Positions 20,060 to 30,444 of a stretch of DNA of 55,525 bases are shown one piece after another. Source of the DNA: an uncultured Rhodospirillaceae bacterium (lineage in GTDB: Bacteria > Pseudomonadota > Alphaproteobacteria > UBA2966); NCBI GenBank assembly GCA_964401845.1, contig CAYOAD010000003.1, positions 1 through 55,525 on the forward strand, in the 5' to 3' direction. The position numbers were made by a program, and so were the translations under genes. The notes beneath the pieces are model-generated. The model was not told the DNA's origin. It saw only the letters and a list, made by a program, of their open reading frames with translations, and made no database searches. Each line of letters begins with the position of its first letter. The stretch's first letter is position 1.

Positions 20060-21430
20060 ATGCCCGCCCAAACGCGCCTTCATTTCGACCACGCCCTGCT
20101 GCCCGGCGGCTGGGCTCGCGATGTGCTCATCGAAGCCGACGAGGATGGCTGGATCACAAGTGTCAACAGCGGCGCGGCGGCATCCGGGACGGACATGCGG
20201 GGCGGTATTGCCTTGCCCGGCATGCCCAACTGCCACAGCCATGCCTTCCAGCGCGCCATGGCCGGACTGGCCGAAAGCGGCAACCCGGGTGATGACGATT
20301 TCTGGAGCTGGCGCAACGTCATGTACGGCTTCGTTGGCTCGCTGACGCCGCCGGATCTCGCCGCCATCGCCGCCCAGGCCTATGCCGAAATGCTGGAAAG
20401 CGGTTTCACCGCCGTCGCCGAATTTCATTACCTCCACCACGCCCCCGACGGCGGCCGTTACGACGACCCCGGAGAAATGTCGGCGGCGATCGCGGAGGCC
20501 GGGGTGGGTACGGGCATCGGCCTGACCTTCCTGCCCGTCTTCTACGCCAACGGCGGATTCGGCGGGATCGAACCCGGTGACGCCCAACGCCGCTTCATCA
20601 ACTCGGCGGAGGACTTTGGTTTATTGCTCGAACGGGTGCGCGACATCGGCCGGGCGGTCGCTGACGCCGCCGTCGGCATCGCCCCCCACAGTCTGCGCGC
20701 CGTGACGCCTGAGAGCCTGGCTGAGGTGGTCGCACTTGAACCGTCCGGCCCCATCCACATCCACATCGCCGAACAAACCCGCGAGGTGGACGATTGCCTC
20801 GCCTGGTCGGGCGAACGCCCCGTCGAATGGCTGTTCAACCACGCAAACGTCGACCGGCGCTGGTGCCTGGTTCATGCCACGCACCTGACGCGTGGGGAAA
20901 GCGATGCCCTCGGAACAAGCGGCGCGGTGGCGGGGCTTTGCCCGATCACCGAGGCTAATCTGGGCGACGGTATTTTCGACTGCGTCGACTTCATGGCCGG
21001 CGGCGGCCGCCTGGCAATCGGCTCCGACAGCAACGTGCTGATCAGCGTGGCGGAGGAAATCCGCCTGCTGGAATATTCCCAGCGCCTGCGGGACCGGCAG
21101 CGCAACCGGTTGAACCCGCTGGGCGGCTCGACGGGCCGCGCTCTGTTTGGCGCCCTGCTGACCGGCGGGGCGCAAGCCAGCGGACGCCGGATCGGACGGT
21201 TGGAAAATGGCTACCGCGCCGACATCGTATCTCTGGACGCCGGACACCCCGCCCTGGTTGCGCGCGAAGGCGATGGCTGGCTGGACGGCTGGCTGTTTGC
21301 CGCAAATACCAACGTTGTCTCGGACGTCTGGTGCGGCGCCCGCCACGTCGTCAGCGGCGGCCGCCACCGTGATGCCGAAGCCATTGCCCGGCGTTACGCC
21401 GACACCCTGACGAAACTGCTCAAACCATGA
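20060..21430 (+). CDS. hutF: Formimidoylglutamate deiminase
   Basis: [18 protein letters not shown]... with [13 protein letters not shown] amidohydrolase motif. ATG at 20060; the listed ORF start at 19967 overlaps hutI. Confidence 0.9.
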   Translation: MPAQTRLHFDHALLPGGWARDVLIEADEDGWITSVNSGAAASGTDMRGGIALPGMPNCHSHAFQRAMAGLAESGNPGDDDFWSWRNVMYGFVGSLTPPDLAAIAAQAYAEMLESGFTAVAEFHYLHHAPDGGRYDDPGEMSAAIAEAGVGTGIGLTFLPVFYANGGFGGIEPGDAQRRFINSAEDFGLLLERVRDIGRAVADAAVGIAPHSLRAVTPESLAEVVALEPSGPIHIHIAEQTREVDDCLAWSGERPVEWLFNHANVDRRWCLVHATHLTRGESDALGTSGAVAGLCPITEANLGDGIFDCVDFMAGGGRLAIGSDSNVLISVAEEIRLLEYSQRLRDRQRNRLNPLGGSTGRALFGALLTGGAQASGRRIGRLENGYRADIVSLDAGHPALVAREGDGWLDGWLFAANTNVVSDVWCGARHVVSGGRHRDAEAIARRYADTLTKLLKP

Positions 21431-22182
21431 CGGCAAAGCGCCAACCCCCAGACGCCTACGGGTTTCCATTGGACGGTCGAGGTCCGGTCTACCGCCAAAT
21501 CCGGCGCGCCATCGCCACGCCGATCCTGGCGGGCAGACTGGCGCCCGGCGCGCGGCTGCCGTCGGAGCATGATTTCATGGATCTATTCGGCGCCTCCCGC
21601 ATGACCGTCAACCGGGCGCTGCAGATGCTGGCGGACGAAGGTCTGGTGGTGCGCCGCCGCCGTCACGGCACCTTCGTCGCCCAACAGGTGTCCGAGCACG
21701 CCGTGATGGAATTGCGCGATATTGCCGACGAGATCGAAGCCACCGGCGCGGCCTACGGCTATGAACTGATCGAACGCAGGGTCGACAAACCGGATGCGGC
21801 GCTGGCCGGAATATTCGCCAACGGCGCGGTCAAATCCGTGTTGCGCCTCACCTGCCGGCACTCCAGCGACGGCGAGCCGGTGCTGATGGAGGAGCGCGCC
21901 ATCAACCTCACCACCGTGCCCGCGGCCCGGAAGGAATCGTTCGAGCAGGAGCCGCCAAACCGCTGGCTGTTGAAGAACGTGCCGTGGTCCCGCGTCGAGC
22001 ATGTGATCGCCGCGGTCAATGCGTCCGCGGGCATTGCCAAGCAACTGGGCATTTCAGCCGGTGATGCCTGCCTGCGGGTGGAGCGCACGACCTGGATGGG
22101 CGAGGGCGCCCTCACCCAGGTCCGGCTGACCTATCCCGGTGAGCGGCACCGCCTGGTGGGCCGGTTCAGCACCGGCCAGTAG
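21427..22182 (+). CDS. hutC: Histidine utilisation repressor, GntR/HutC family
   Basis: PVYRQIRRAI...LPSEHDFMDLFGASRMTVNRALQMLADEGLVVRRRRHGTFV plus a UTRA-like C-terminus. ATGA overlap with hutF. Confidence 0.9.
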   Translation: MTAKRQPPDAYGFPLDGRGPVYRQIRRAIATPILAGRLAPGARLPSEHDFMDLFGASRMTVNRALQMLADEGLVVRRRRHGTFVAQQVSEHAVMELRDIADEIEATGAAYGYELIERRVDKPDAALAGIFANGAVKSVLRLTCRHSSDGEPVLMEERAINLTTVPAARKESFEQEPPNRWLLKNVPWSRVEHVIAAVNASAGIAKQLGISAGDACLRVERTTWMGEGALTQVRLTYPGERHRLVGRFSTGQ

Positions 22183-22184
22183 GG

Positions 22185-23276
22185 TCAAAGCGCGGCCGTC
22201 AGAATCTCCAGGACGCGATCGACGTCGCGGGTCTCGCCAATGGTGATGCGCAGGCTGCCGTTGCCGCCGGGCCAGGGCATGGGTTGGACGAGGATGCCGC
22301 CCGACGCCAACGCATCGGCAAATTCCGCCGCGGGCTTGGGCGCCAGCGCCGTCAGGAAATTCGCCTGGCTGGGCAGGGGCTCGAACCCCAGATCCCGCAA
22401 TCCCTGAGCCAGACGCTGCCGCTGCGCCAACAAATCGCTCAGTGTTTCCTGCAGATAAGCTTCGTCCTTCATCGCCGCCACCGCGCCGGCCAGACCGATG
22501 CGGTTGATGTTGAAATTGCCCCGCAGCTTCCAAAAAGCGTCGCGCAATTCGGTGTCGCTGGTGAAAGCATAACCCACGCGCAACCCCGCCATGCAATAGG
22601 CCTTGGAGAACGTACGCGTGACCACCCACGGACCGGCGCGTTCCGCCAACAGGGAAAGAATGTTGGCATATCCTTCGGCGGCGGCGAATTCGTGATAGGC
22701 CTCGTCCACCACCAGCAGGCAGTCCGCCGGCACGCCTTCGACGGCGGCGATCAAATCGTCCTTGCCGATCGCCGCGCCGGTCGGGTTGTTGGGGGTGCAG
22801 ACGTAGAACAGCCGGGTCTTGTCCGTCACTGCCGCCAGCATGGCGGGGATGTCGTTGGCGCCGTCGGCGCGGACCGGCACCTCAACGATGCGGCCGCCCG
22901 CAACGGCCACTCCTTTGGCACAGGTTGGAAAGGTCGGCGCGGGAAAGACCGCTTCGTCACCCGGCTCCAGGGCGATGGCCGCCGCCATGGTCAACAATTC
23001 GCCGCTGCCGTTGCCGAAGCTGATGCGGTCCGCCGGCAGGCCCGAGCGCTCGGTCAGCAATGACGCCAGCGCCGAACAGCCGTGATCGGTGTAGGCCTGG
23101 GCCTGCTGCAAGGCGCTCGCCATGGCGGTCAGGGCTTCGGGCGACGGCGGCAGCAGCGATTCGTTGAGGTTGAGCCGGCGCACATTGGAAGCGGGCCGGC
23201 AATCCGGTTCAGCGATCTCCGGCGGCTTTGCGATACTGAGGTCTGCGATACGCCGGTTGTGAACCGAAGCGCTCAT
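22185..23276 (-). CDS. Histidinol-phosphate/aromatic aminotransferase family (class I/II PLP) protein
   Basis: Motifs LNLNESLLPPSP, NPNNPTG-like CTPNNPTG, and TFSKAY PLP lysine. ATGA overlap with the upstream gene. Confidence 0.8.
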   Translation of the reverse strand: MSASVHNRRIADLSIAKPPEIAEPDCRPASNVRRLNLNESLLPPSPEALTAMASALQQAQAYTDHGCSALASLLTERSGLPADRISFGNGSGELLTMAAAIALEPGDEAVFPAPTFPTCAKGVAVAGGRIVEVPVRADGANDIPAMLAAVTDKTRLFYVCTPNNPTGAAIGKDDLIAAVEGVPADCLLVVDEAYHEFAAAEGYANILSLLAERAGPWVVTRTFSKAYCMAGLRVGYAFTSDTELRDAFWKLRGNFNINRIGLAGAVAAMKDEAYLQETLSDLLAQRQRLAQGLRDLGFEPLPSQANFLTALAPKPAAEFADALASGGILVQPMPWPGGNGSLRITIGETRDVDRVLEILTAAL

Positions 23277-23881
23277 TGGTGCGACCAGTCGTCCGGGTCG
23301 TCGGAGTTGTTGGGCGAAAGGCCGATGATGTCACCCTCGGTCGAACAGCCGAGCCCCAGGACGGTGCGGTTGGCGTACCCGAAGTAGGCCGTCACCTGGT
23401 TGATCTCGAGGATCTCGCCGTCGTCGTACCCCGCCGCCCGCAGCTCATCGACCATGGCTTCGGTCACGGCGGAAGGCGTCAGGGTCAGGGTCTTGGCGTA
23501 GCGCAGCGCGATTATTTCCCTGTCCTCAAGCGGCGCCGCGTCCGGGTCGCCGGCGTCGAGGGCGGCGCGGATGGCGGACGACCGCCCCTCGTCGTCAAGC
23601 AGCCGAACCAGGCCCTGAAAATGATGATCGACGCAGTAGGCACAGCGGTTCAGCAGGCTGACCCAGACGCCGATGGTCTCAAGGAACCACTTCGGCACCT
23701 TGTTGGCGGAATGGTGCAGGACGTACTTGTAGATCGCCATGTGCCCTTCCATGGTGTGGGGGCGCAGGCTGTGCATCATCATGATGTTGTCGACGTTGTT
23801 GTCCGGCCCCTTAACCCGGTCGTAGAGCTTCTTGAGCCGGCCGTCGGCTTCGTCGTAGGGAACGGTTTCGATCCAGGGCAT
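23273..23881 (-). CDS. Carboxymuconolactone decarboxylase / AhpD-like 'peroxidase-related enzyme' family protein
   Basis: 202 aa. The CAYCVDHH CxxC motif is typical of the AhpD/CMD fold. Confidence 0.7.
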   Translation of the reverse strand: MPWIETVPYDEADGRLKKLYDRVKGPDNNVDNIMMMHSLRPHTMEGHMAIYKYVLHHSANKVPKWFLETIGVWVSLLNRCAYCVDHHFQGLVRLLDDEGRSSAIRAALDAGDPDAAPLEDREIIALRYAKTLTLTPSAVTEAMVDELRAAGYDDGEILEINQVTAYFGYANRTVLGLGCSTEGDIIGLSPNNSDDPDDWSHQ

Positions 23882-23896
23882 GGCTGATCCTTCTTT

Positions 23897-25438
23897 TTAC
23901 GCGGACTGATAACTGGGGCCGATGGCCTCGCTGACAAGGTCGCCGAGGACGCCTTGTTTGACAAGCTGCTTGGCGGTTTCGATCTCGGGTGCGAAGAAGC
24001 GGTCATGATCGAACGACGGAACGGCCTCGCGCAACGCGTCATGGGCCGCCCGTAGGGGCTTGGAAGTTTCCAGCGGCACGTGGAATTCAACGGCTTGCGA
24101 GGCAGCCAGCCATTCGATGGCGATCACGGTAAACGCGTTCTCCGCCATGTCGGTGAGGCGGCGGGCTGCATGCGTCGCCATGGAGACATGGTCCTCCTGG
24201 TTGGCAGAGGTCGGGATGCTGTCGACCGATGCGGGATGGGCCAGGCTCTTGTTTTCCGAGACCAGGGCGGCGGAGGTGACCTGCGGCATCATGAAGCCGG
24301 AATTGACGCCGCTCTCCTTGACCAGGAAGGCCGGCAGGCCCGACAGCGAGGCATCCACCAGCATGGCTTGGCGACGCTCCGACAGGGAGCCGATCTCGGC
24401 GATGGCGAGGGCGATGTTGTCAGACGCCAGCGCCACCGGCTCGGCGTGGAAGTTGCCCCCCGACAGCACCTCGCCTTCGTCGGGAAAAACCAGGGGGTTA
24501 TCCGTTACGGCGTTGGCTTCGCTCTCCAAGGTTTGTGCCGCGTAGCCCAACTGGTCGAGGCAGGCGCCCATCACCTGGGGTTGGCAACGCAGACAATAGG
24601 GGTCCTGCACCTTCTCGCAATCGACATGGGATTCGCGGATACGGCTGCCGGCCAGCAGGCGGCGGTAAACGGCCGCCACAGATTGCTGACCCGGATGGCG
24701 GCGCAGTTTGTGGATGCGTTGGGCGAACGGCGTATCGGAACCCTTGCTGGCATCGACGGTGGCGGCGCCCGTGACCAGGGCGGCGCGCAACAGGTCTTCG
24801 GCCGCAAACAGACCCTTGAGCGCCAGCGCCGTCGACACCTGCGTGCCGTTAATCAGGGCCACGCCTTCCTTGGGCCCGAGGCTCAGGGGTTCCAGTCCGG
24901 CGTCGGCCAGCGCCGTTGCGGCGGCGACCAGTTCGCCGTCACGGCGGACCTCGCCGACGCCCAGCATGGCCGACACCATGTGGGCCAACGGCGCAAGATC
25001 ACCCGACGCGCCGACCGAGCCCTTGGCCGGAATGGCGGGATAGAGACCCAAGTTCGCGAAATCGAGCAATTGCTGGATAACCGCCCAGCGCACGCCTGAA
25101 TGACCCTGGGCCAATGCCGTGGCCTTCATGACCATGATCAGACGGACGACGTCGTCGTCCAGCAGCGGGCCGGTGCCGACGCTGTGCGACATGATCAGAT
25201 TACGCTGCAGGTCGGCCACCTTGTCGTCGTCGATGCGGATCTGCGCGAGTTTGCCGAAACCGGTGTTGACGCCATAGATGGCGTCGCCGCCCGCCAGGAG
25301 ATCCGCCACCGCCTTGCGGCAGGCCGTGACGGCGGCGCGGCTCTGATCCGTCAGTTGGACTTGCGGAGCATCGCGCCAAATCAGGCGCCATGTCGCCAAT
25401 CTGACCTCTCCGGGTTCAAGTGTGATTTTTTCGACCAT
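23897..25438 (-). CDS. hutH: Histidine ammonia-lyase
   Basis: Contains [14 protein letters not shown], the Ala-Ser-Gly MIO precursor. ATG at 25438 is preceded by GGGGAGGG. The listed start at 25459 is possible but has no Shine-Dalgarno. Confidence 0.93.
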   Translation of the reverse strand: MVEKITLEPGEVRLATWRLIWRDAPQVQLTDQSRAAVTACRKAVADLLAGGDAIYGVNTGFGKLAQIRIDDDKVADLQRNLIMSHSVGTGPLLDDDVVRLIMVMKATALAQGHSGVRWAVIQQLLDFANLGLYPAIPAKGSVGASGDLAPLAHMVSAMLGVGEVRRDGELVAAATALADAGLEPLSLGPKEGVALINGTQVSTALALKGLFAAEDLLRAALVTGAATVDASKGSDTPFAQRIHKLRRHPGQQSVAAVYRRLLAGSRIRESHVDCEKVQDPYCLRCQPQVMGACLDQLGYAAQTLESEANAVTDNPLVFPDEGEVLSGGNFHAEPVALASDNIALAIAEIGSLSERRQAMLVDASLSGLPAFLVKESGVNSGFMMPQVTSAALVSENKSLAHPASVDSIPTSANQEDHVSMATHAARRLTDMAENAFTVIAIEWLAASQAVEFHVPLETSKPLRAAHDALREAVPSFDHDRFFAPEIETAKQLVKQGVLGDLVSEAIGPSYQSA

Positions 25439-25540
25439 GAAGCCCTCCCCATTCACCAATCATAAGATACAGGCGGGGCAATTTCGCTAGATTGTTCACA
25501 CCTGAACGGCCCGCCCATCACCGACCCGAAGCTCAAAATC

Positions 25541-26881
25541 CTAGTCAATCATCGTGCTCGGTAACAGCAGCGCCAGTTGGGGAAAGGCAATCAGCAGCGC
25601 CAGACCGCCCACCATGGCGAGCCAGAACGGTAGGATACCAACATAGATTTCCTTCATGCTGACGCCGCGGGCGACCCCCTTCACAACGAACACGTTCATC
25701 CCCACGGGCGGACTGATCATGGCCATCTCGATGATGATCACCATGACCACGCCGAACCACACCTTGAGATCGCTGGAATTGCCGCCGACACCGAGCATGG
25801 CGGGTATTTTCGACTGGGCGATGATGGGCAGAACGATGGGCAGGACGAGCACCATCATGGCGAAGCCGTCCAGGAACGTGCCCATGAAAATGAATGTCCC
25901 GAGAATAATGGCAAGCAGGGGAAGCGCGCCGAAATCCAATGTCAGGAGCACATTGGCAAGGCTTTCCGGGATGCCCGTGAGCGCCAGGAAAGGCGAGAAA
26001 ATGTTGGCGCCGATAATGATGAGAAAGATCATCACCGTCGTGCTGACGGTTTGGAAGAGCGCGTTGCTCACCGGCTTCAAAGCCAGGCTTTTGCGGAAGA
26101 ACGCGAATATCATCGCCAGCATGGCGCCGACCGCCGCCGCCTCCACGGGCGTGAAGACGCCGCCGTAGATACCGCCGATCGTGACGACAATGATAAAGAC
26201 GATCGACGTTGCCCGTTTCAGCGCGGCCATTTTTTCCGCCCTGGGCAAGCTCTCCGCTCTCGGGCCGATTTCCGGTTTGATACGGGTGTGGATGAAGATG
26301 GTCAGCAGGAACAAAGTGGCCAGAAGCAATCCCGGAATAACGCCGGCCAGGAACAACCGTCCAATGGATTCCTCGGTAAGGATGGCATAGATGACGAAAC
26401 CCGTGGACGGAGGAATGAGAATACCGAGCGTGCCGCCGGCAGCCACCGCGCCGGCAGCCAGCTTTTTGTCGTAGCCGTAGCGGGCCATTTCCGGCATGGC
26501 GACCCGGCCGATGGTCAGCGCCGAGGCAACGGACGATCCGCTTAAGGCCGCAAAACCGGTGCAGCCGATAACCGTGGCGTGGGCGAGACCGCCCCTTACA
26601 CCGCCGACCCAGGCGTTCGCGGCGGCATACAAATCTCGGCTCATGCCGCAGATCCCGGCGATGTTGCCCATCAGCACGAACAGCGGAATGACGGTCAATT
26701 CAAAAAAAGTCGCGACCGTCCACGCTTCGGACACCAGGCTGGCGACCGCCGCGGGCCAGCTGTTCAGTATGGTCAGACCAATCATCCCCACGACCGTCAT
26801 GGCGATGGCGACGGGTACCCGGACCATCATAAGGACGATCAGCAGGATCAGGCCAAGAACGCCGATAAGAACGGGATCCAT
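25541..26881 (-). CDS. dctM: TRAP transporter large permease subunit (DctM family)
   Basis: 446-aa polytopic membrane protein downstream of the DctQ and DctP genes. Confidence 0.88.
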   Translation of the reverse strand: MDPVLIGVLGLILLIVLMMVRVPVAIAMTVVGMIGLTILNSWPAAVASLVSEAWTVATFFELTVIPLFVLMGNIAGICGMSRDLYAAANAWVGGVRGGLAHATVIGCTGFAALSGSSVASALTIGRVAMPEMARYGYDKKLAAGAVAAGGTLGILIPPSTGFVIYAILTEESIGRLFLAGVIPGLLLATLFLLTIFIHTRIKPEIGPRAESLPRAEKMAALKRATSIVFIIVVTIGGIYGGVFTPVEAAAVGAMLAMIFAFFRKSLALKPVSNALFQTVSTTVMIFLIIIGANIFSPFLALTGIPESLANVLLTLDFGALPLLAIILGTFIFMGTFLDGFAMMVLVLPIVLPIIAQSKIPAMLGVGGNSSDLKVWFGVVMVIIIEMAMISPPVGMNVFVVKGVARGVSMKEIYVGILPFWLAMVGGLALLIAFPQLALLLPSTMID

Positions 26882-26895
26882 ACAACTATTCCCGA

Positions 26896-27441
26896 CTAGT
26901 GATCGGCTGCCGGAGCGGACAATTCAATTGCTTCGTCATCATCGATTTGAAGATCTTCGACGTGTTCACCGGCGATCAGCATGATGATTTCGAGAACAAG
27001 AATGATCGAGTTGAATAGGCAACCGGCGACCAGCACATAGAAAAACGGCTGAAGTGGAATTTCGATCATGTTGGTCGCCTCGCCCATCATTGCGGCATCC
27101 TCCGCACGGATCGAACCTTCCCAGGCCAATATCCCGAATATCCCCAAGGTCAGAAGTTTGACGAAGGCGTGCCGGAGCAGGTTCAGATGGTCGGTGGCAA
27201 ATTCGGGCAACAGGTCGACCACAATGTGGCCGTTCAACCGGCTGGTCAGGGGCAGGGCGAAAAAGAACACCACCACCATGCCCATGGCGATCAAATCCTG
27301 AGCCCCGGTAATCGGACTGGAAAACACGTACCTCAACGTGACGTCGGCGAAGGTAAGCACAACGACGGCGCAGAGTATCACGCCCGAGACGAGGGCCAGG
27401 GCCAGGGATATGCGATCGAATATGTGAAGCAGTCTTCGCAT
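26896..27441 (-). CDS. dctQ: TRAP transporter small permease subunit (DctQ family)
   Basis: 181 aa, 4 TM helices, located between DctP and DctM. Confidence 0.85.
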   Translation of the reverse strand: MRRLLHIFDRISLALALVSGVILCAVVVLTFADVTLRYVFSSPITGAQDLIAMGMVVVFFFALPLTSRLNGHIVVDLLPEFATDHLNLLRHAFVKLLTLGIFGILAWEGSIRAEDAAMMGEATNMIEIPLQPFFYVLVAGCLFNSIILVLEIIMLIAGEHVEDLQIDDDEAIELSAPAADH

Positions 27442-27503
27442 GCTATCCGGCTATCCTCTGTCCTGGCCCTATCCCGTTTTTTTTGGCGAGCGGGATCGTC
27501 CAC

Positions 27504-28514
27504 CTAATCGTTCATCGCGTTGATGATCTCGCCGGCGGGAATGCCCTTGCCTTCGAACTCGGCAACCAGCCCGCTCACCGCTTTGGCGGCCAAGGCATCG
27601 AACTTCTTCCGGTTTTCCGGCGTCAGCGCGATGACCTGCTTGCCTTTGCCCTTGGCGAAAATACCAAGCGCTTTCTTGCCGAAGTTCTCCAAGCCCTTGG
27701 ACGCGCGCAGACTGAGATCAAGACCGGTGAGACTGTCGAGGGCCGCCTTCTCACTGGCTGAAAGTTCATCATAGGCGTCCTGGTTCATGGTCAGAAATAT
27801 CTCCGTGACCATTTCCGGCATTCCGGTGGTGACGAACATGGTCGGCTCGACCAACTTGAAGATCAACAGGGAATCGGCGCCCATGAGAGCGGCGTCCACG
27901 ACGCCCGTGCTCATGGAAGTATAGACCTTGGTGGCCGGCATCAGGACCGGTGTTGCGCCGTAAGCCTTGACGACCGCCGCGGCCGATTTGGACGGAACAC
28001 GCACTTTCATGCCCTTCAGATCGGCGGGCGAGTGAACCGGTTTCTTGGCGCTCATGATCACCGCGGGCGCCGTTGCGAAGGCCGCCAGGGGGCGGGTCCC
28101 GCGGTATTCGGCACGCAGGTACTTGTCCATCACCTTCCAGATTTTCCGGGTGGCATCTTCCGGATTGCTGGCGACACCCGGCAGTTCGACGATCAGGTTG
28201 CGGGGGAACAACGGCGAGGTATAGCCCTGCAGTCCGTAACTGATTTCGGCAATCCGTTTCCGGGCACGTTGGTACTGTTCGACCGGACCCTTTCCCAACT
28301 CACCGGACGCATACACCTTGATTTTCACCGAGCCGTTCGTGGCGGCCGAAAGATCATCGGCCAGCTTCAGAAAGATCGGCTTGTGGAGGACGTAGATCGG
28401 CGGCACGAAGCTCGCCAGCTTCAGGGTTTTCTCCGCCGCGGCCGGGGTTGCAGCGGCAGCAACGGCCAGGGCGACGACACCTGCCATCCAGACCAAGAAC
28501 TTTGGCGTTTTCAT
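27504..28514 (-). CDS. dctP: TRAP transporter substrate-binding protein (DctP family), signal peptide
   Basis: 336 aa, signal peptide ending AAATPAAA, DctP-like pattern. First gene of the minus-strand operon. Confidence 0.85.
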   Translation of the reverse strand: MKTPKFLVWMAGVVALAVAAAATPAAAEKTLKLASFVPPIYVLHKPIFLKLADDLSAATNGSVKIKVYASGELGKGPVEQYQRARKRIAEISYGLQGYTSPLFPRNLIVELPGVASNPEDATRKIWKVMDKYLRAEYRGTRPLAAFATAPAVIMSAKKPVHSPADLKGMKVRVPSKSAAAVVKAYGATPVLMPATKVYTSMSTGVVDAALMGADSLLIFKLVEPTMFVTTGMPEMVTEIFLTMNQDAYDELSASEKAALDSLTGLDLSLRASKGLENFGKKALGIFAKGKGKQVIALTPENRKKFDALAAKAVSGLVAEFEGKGIPAGEIINAMND

Positions 28515-28642
28515 GTCAATTTCCTCTCCATGTTTGAGAATTCCGCGGGGGTACCAACCAAATCAGACATTAACTATTGACCCGATCCCATCAATTGGTG
28601 TTTCATTATGTGAACAACTTGACCACATAGTGAGACAGAAAA

Positions 28643-29461
28643 TTGTCTGGAGTCAACACCCAAGTGCGCGCCGGCGTCGGACTTTTGTCCAAGGCCTTTC
28701 AGATTCTCGACCTCTTCCAGCCCGAATCACCGGCTTGGTCGCAGGCCGAACTGGTGCGGGCGACCGGTCTCAACCGCTCGACCATGAACCGGCTGGTGCG
28801 TTATCTGTCGGAGTGCGGCTACCTCGCCCTGATTGAGCAAACGGGCCGTTATTCATTGGGTCCCGCCGCCATCGACCTGGGCCGCCGCGCGGCAGCCAGC
28901 TTCGACCTGCGTGAAATCTGCCAACCCGTATTGGAGCGTCTGGCGGCGGAAACGGAGGAGACCATTATCCTCACGGCGCACAACGAAGCCGATGACACCG
29001 TCGTCTGCGTCGATCAGATCGAAAGCCGCCGGGGCGGCCTGCGGGTCTTCCAGCAGATCGGCACGACCCTGCCGCTGCACGCCGGCGCATCGCCGAAGGC
29101 GGTCCTGGCGGCACTGCCCGAGGAAGATCGCGACCGCTACGTCTCGAAATCGCTGGATGCCCTGACCGCACACACGATCGTCAACGAGATTGCCCTCAGA
29201 ACCGACATGGAACGCACCATCGACCGGGGATTCGCCATTTCGCGGGAGGAGACATATGAAGGTGTCGTCGGCATAGGCGCCGCTTTTACCGGACCGAACG
29301 GGCGGCCTTTGGGTAGTGTCGCCATCGCCGGTCCCATGCAGCGCATATCGCAGGAACAAATCGACCGCTACGGCGAGCTGCTGCTGGCGGCGGCGGCCGA
29401 AATTGAAGGCCGCGTTAGGGGGCGGTCCGCGCAACCGGATGACGAGGGGGTTGCGGCATGA
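28643..29461 (+). CDS. IclR family transcriptional regulator
   Basis: HTH plus IclR effector domain (LLSKAFQILDLF...WSQAELVRATGLNRSTMNRLVRYL). The TTG start at 28643 is uncertain; GTG at 28664 is also possible. Confidence 0.85.
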   Translation: MSGVNTQVRAGVGLLSKAFQILDLFQPESPAWSQAELVRATGLNRSTMNRLVRYLSECGYLALIEQTGRYSLGPAAIDLGRRAAASFDLREICQPVLERLAAETEETIILTAHNEADDTVVCVDQIESRRGGLRVFQQIGTTLPLHAGASPKAVLAALPEEDRDRYVSKSLDALTAHTIVNEIALRTDMERTIDRGFAISREETYEGVVGIGAAFTGPNGRPLGSVAIAGPMQRISQEQIDRYGELLLAAAAEIEGRVRGRSAQPDDEGVAA

Positions 29462-30444
29462 AGTGCTGGCAATCGGGTGACAAACCCGGCGTTGAAGCGC
29501 TTGCCCTGATCGAGGCGGAAGCGCCGGGTCCGACGAAGCGGGAAATGGTCGTCGAAGTCCACGCCGCGGCGCTTAATTTTTCCGATCTTCTGATGATCGA
29601 CGACAGCTATCAAATCAAGCCGCCGCGCCCATTCACGCCCGGCCAGGAGGTTGCCGGCGTGGTGGTTTCGGCGCCCGATGATTGCCCCTGGGCACCAGGC
29701 GACCGCATTGCCAGCAAAGTACTCTGGGGCGGCTTTGCCGAGTTCGCCCGCGTGCGCACCGACATGGCGATCGCCATCCCCGACGGGGTCGATTTCGCCA
29801 AGGCCGTGGCGCTACCCGTGGTCTACACGACATCGATGATCGCGCTCACCGAATGCGCCGACGTGCGGGAAGACGACTGGGTTCTGGTCCATGCCGCCGC
29901 CGGCGGCGTCGGATTGGCCGCGGTGGAAATCGCCCACGCAAAAGGGGCGAAAGTCATCGCCACGGCGGGCAGCGAGGAAAAACTGGCGCTCGCCCTGGCC
30001 CACGGTGCGGATGAAGGTATCGATTACAAGTCGGCCGATTGGGTTGCATCCGTCAAGGAAATCACCGAGGGCCGTGGCGCCGACCTCATCGTCGATCCCG
30101 TCGGCGGCGAGATCGCGGAAAAGAGCCTGCGCTGCATCGCCCGCGACGGCACCTTGCTGGTGGTCGGCTTCGCCTCCGGCGACATCCCGAAACTCGCGGG
30201 TCATCTATTGTTGCTGAAGCGAGCGTCGGCCAAGGGAGTCTACTGGGACCACGATCATGACGGCCCGATGATCGAACGCGCAACGGCTGAACTCACCGAC
30301 ATGCTGGTGGCCGGCGCCATAAATCCCGTGGTCATAGACCATTATGGATTGGAAGATCTGCCCCGGGCGCTGGCCGACCTCGGTACGCGTGGCTCGGTTG
30401 GGAAACTGGCCCTGCGTCTTGGCGGCCAAGGAGGAGAGGCATGA
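29458..30444 (+). CDS. NADPH:quinone oxidoreductase-like medium-chain dehydrogenase/reductase
   Basis: MDR pattern with VHAAAGGVGLAAVEIAK Rossmann motif. ATGA overlaps on both sides. Confidence 0.8.
   Translation: MKCWQSGDKPGVEALALIEAEAPGPTKREMVVEVHAAALNFSDLLMIDDSYQIKPPRPFTPGQEVAGVVVSAPDDCPWAPGDRIASKVLWGGFAEFARVRTDMAIAIPDGVDFAKAVALPVVYTTSMIALTECADVREDDWVLVHAAAGGVGLAAVEIAHAKGAKVIATAGSEEKLALALAHGADEGIDYKSADWVASVKEITEGRGADLIVDPVGGEIAEKSLRCIARDGTLLVVGFASGDIPKLAGHLLLLKRASAKGVYWDHDHDGPMIERATAELTDMLVAGAINPVVIDHYGLEDLPRALADLGTRGSVGKLALRLGGQGGEA

Noticed and set aside
23897-25438. Idea that the hutH-like gene plus the second urocanase form an ergothioneine (ergothionase / thiourocanate hydratase) pathway
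   Set aside because: The lyase retains the Ala-Ser-Gly MIO precursor (GASGDL) typical of true histidine ammonia-lyase. I also see no desulfhydrase or carbamoylase partners next to it. The idea is kept only as something a phylogeny of the second urocanase could revisit.
28577-28594. TTGAC-N8-ATCAA in the dctP/iclR spacer, considered as an FNR box
   Set aside because: The spacer is 8 nt instead of 4, which is incompatible with a CRP/FNR dimer site.
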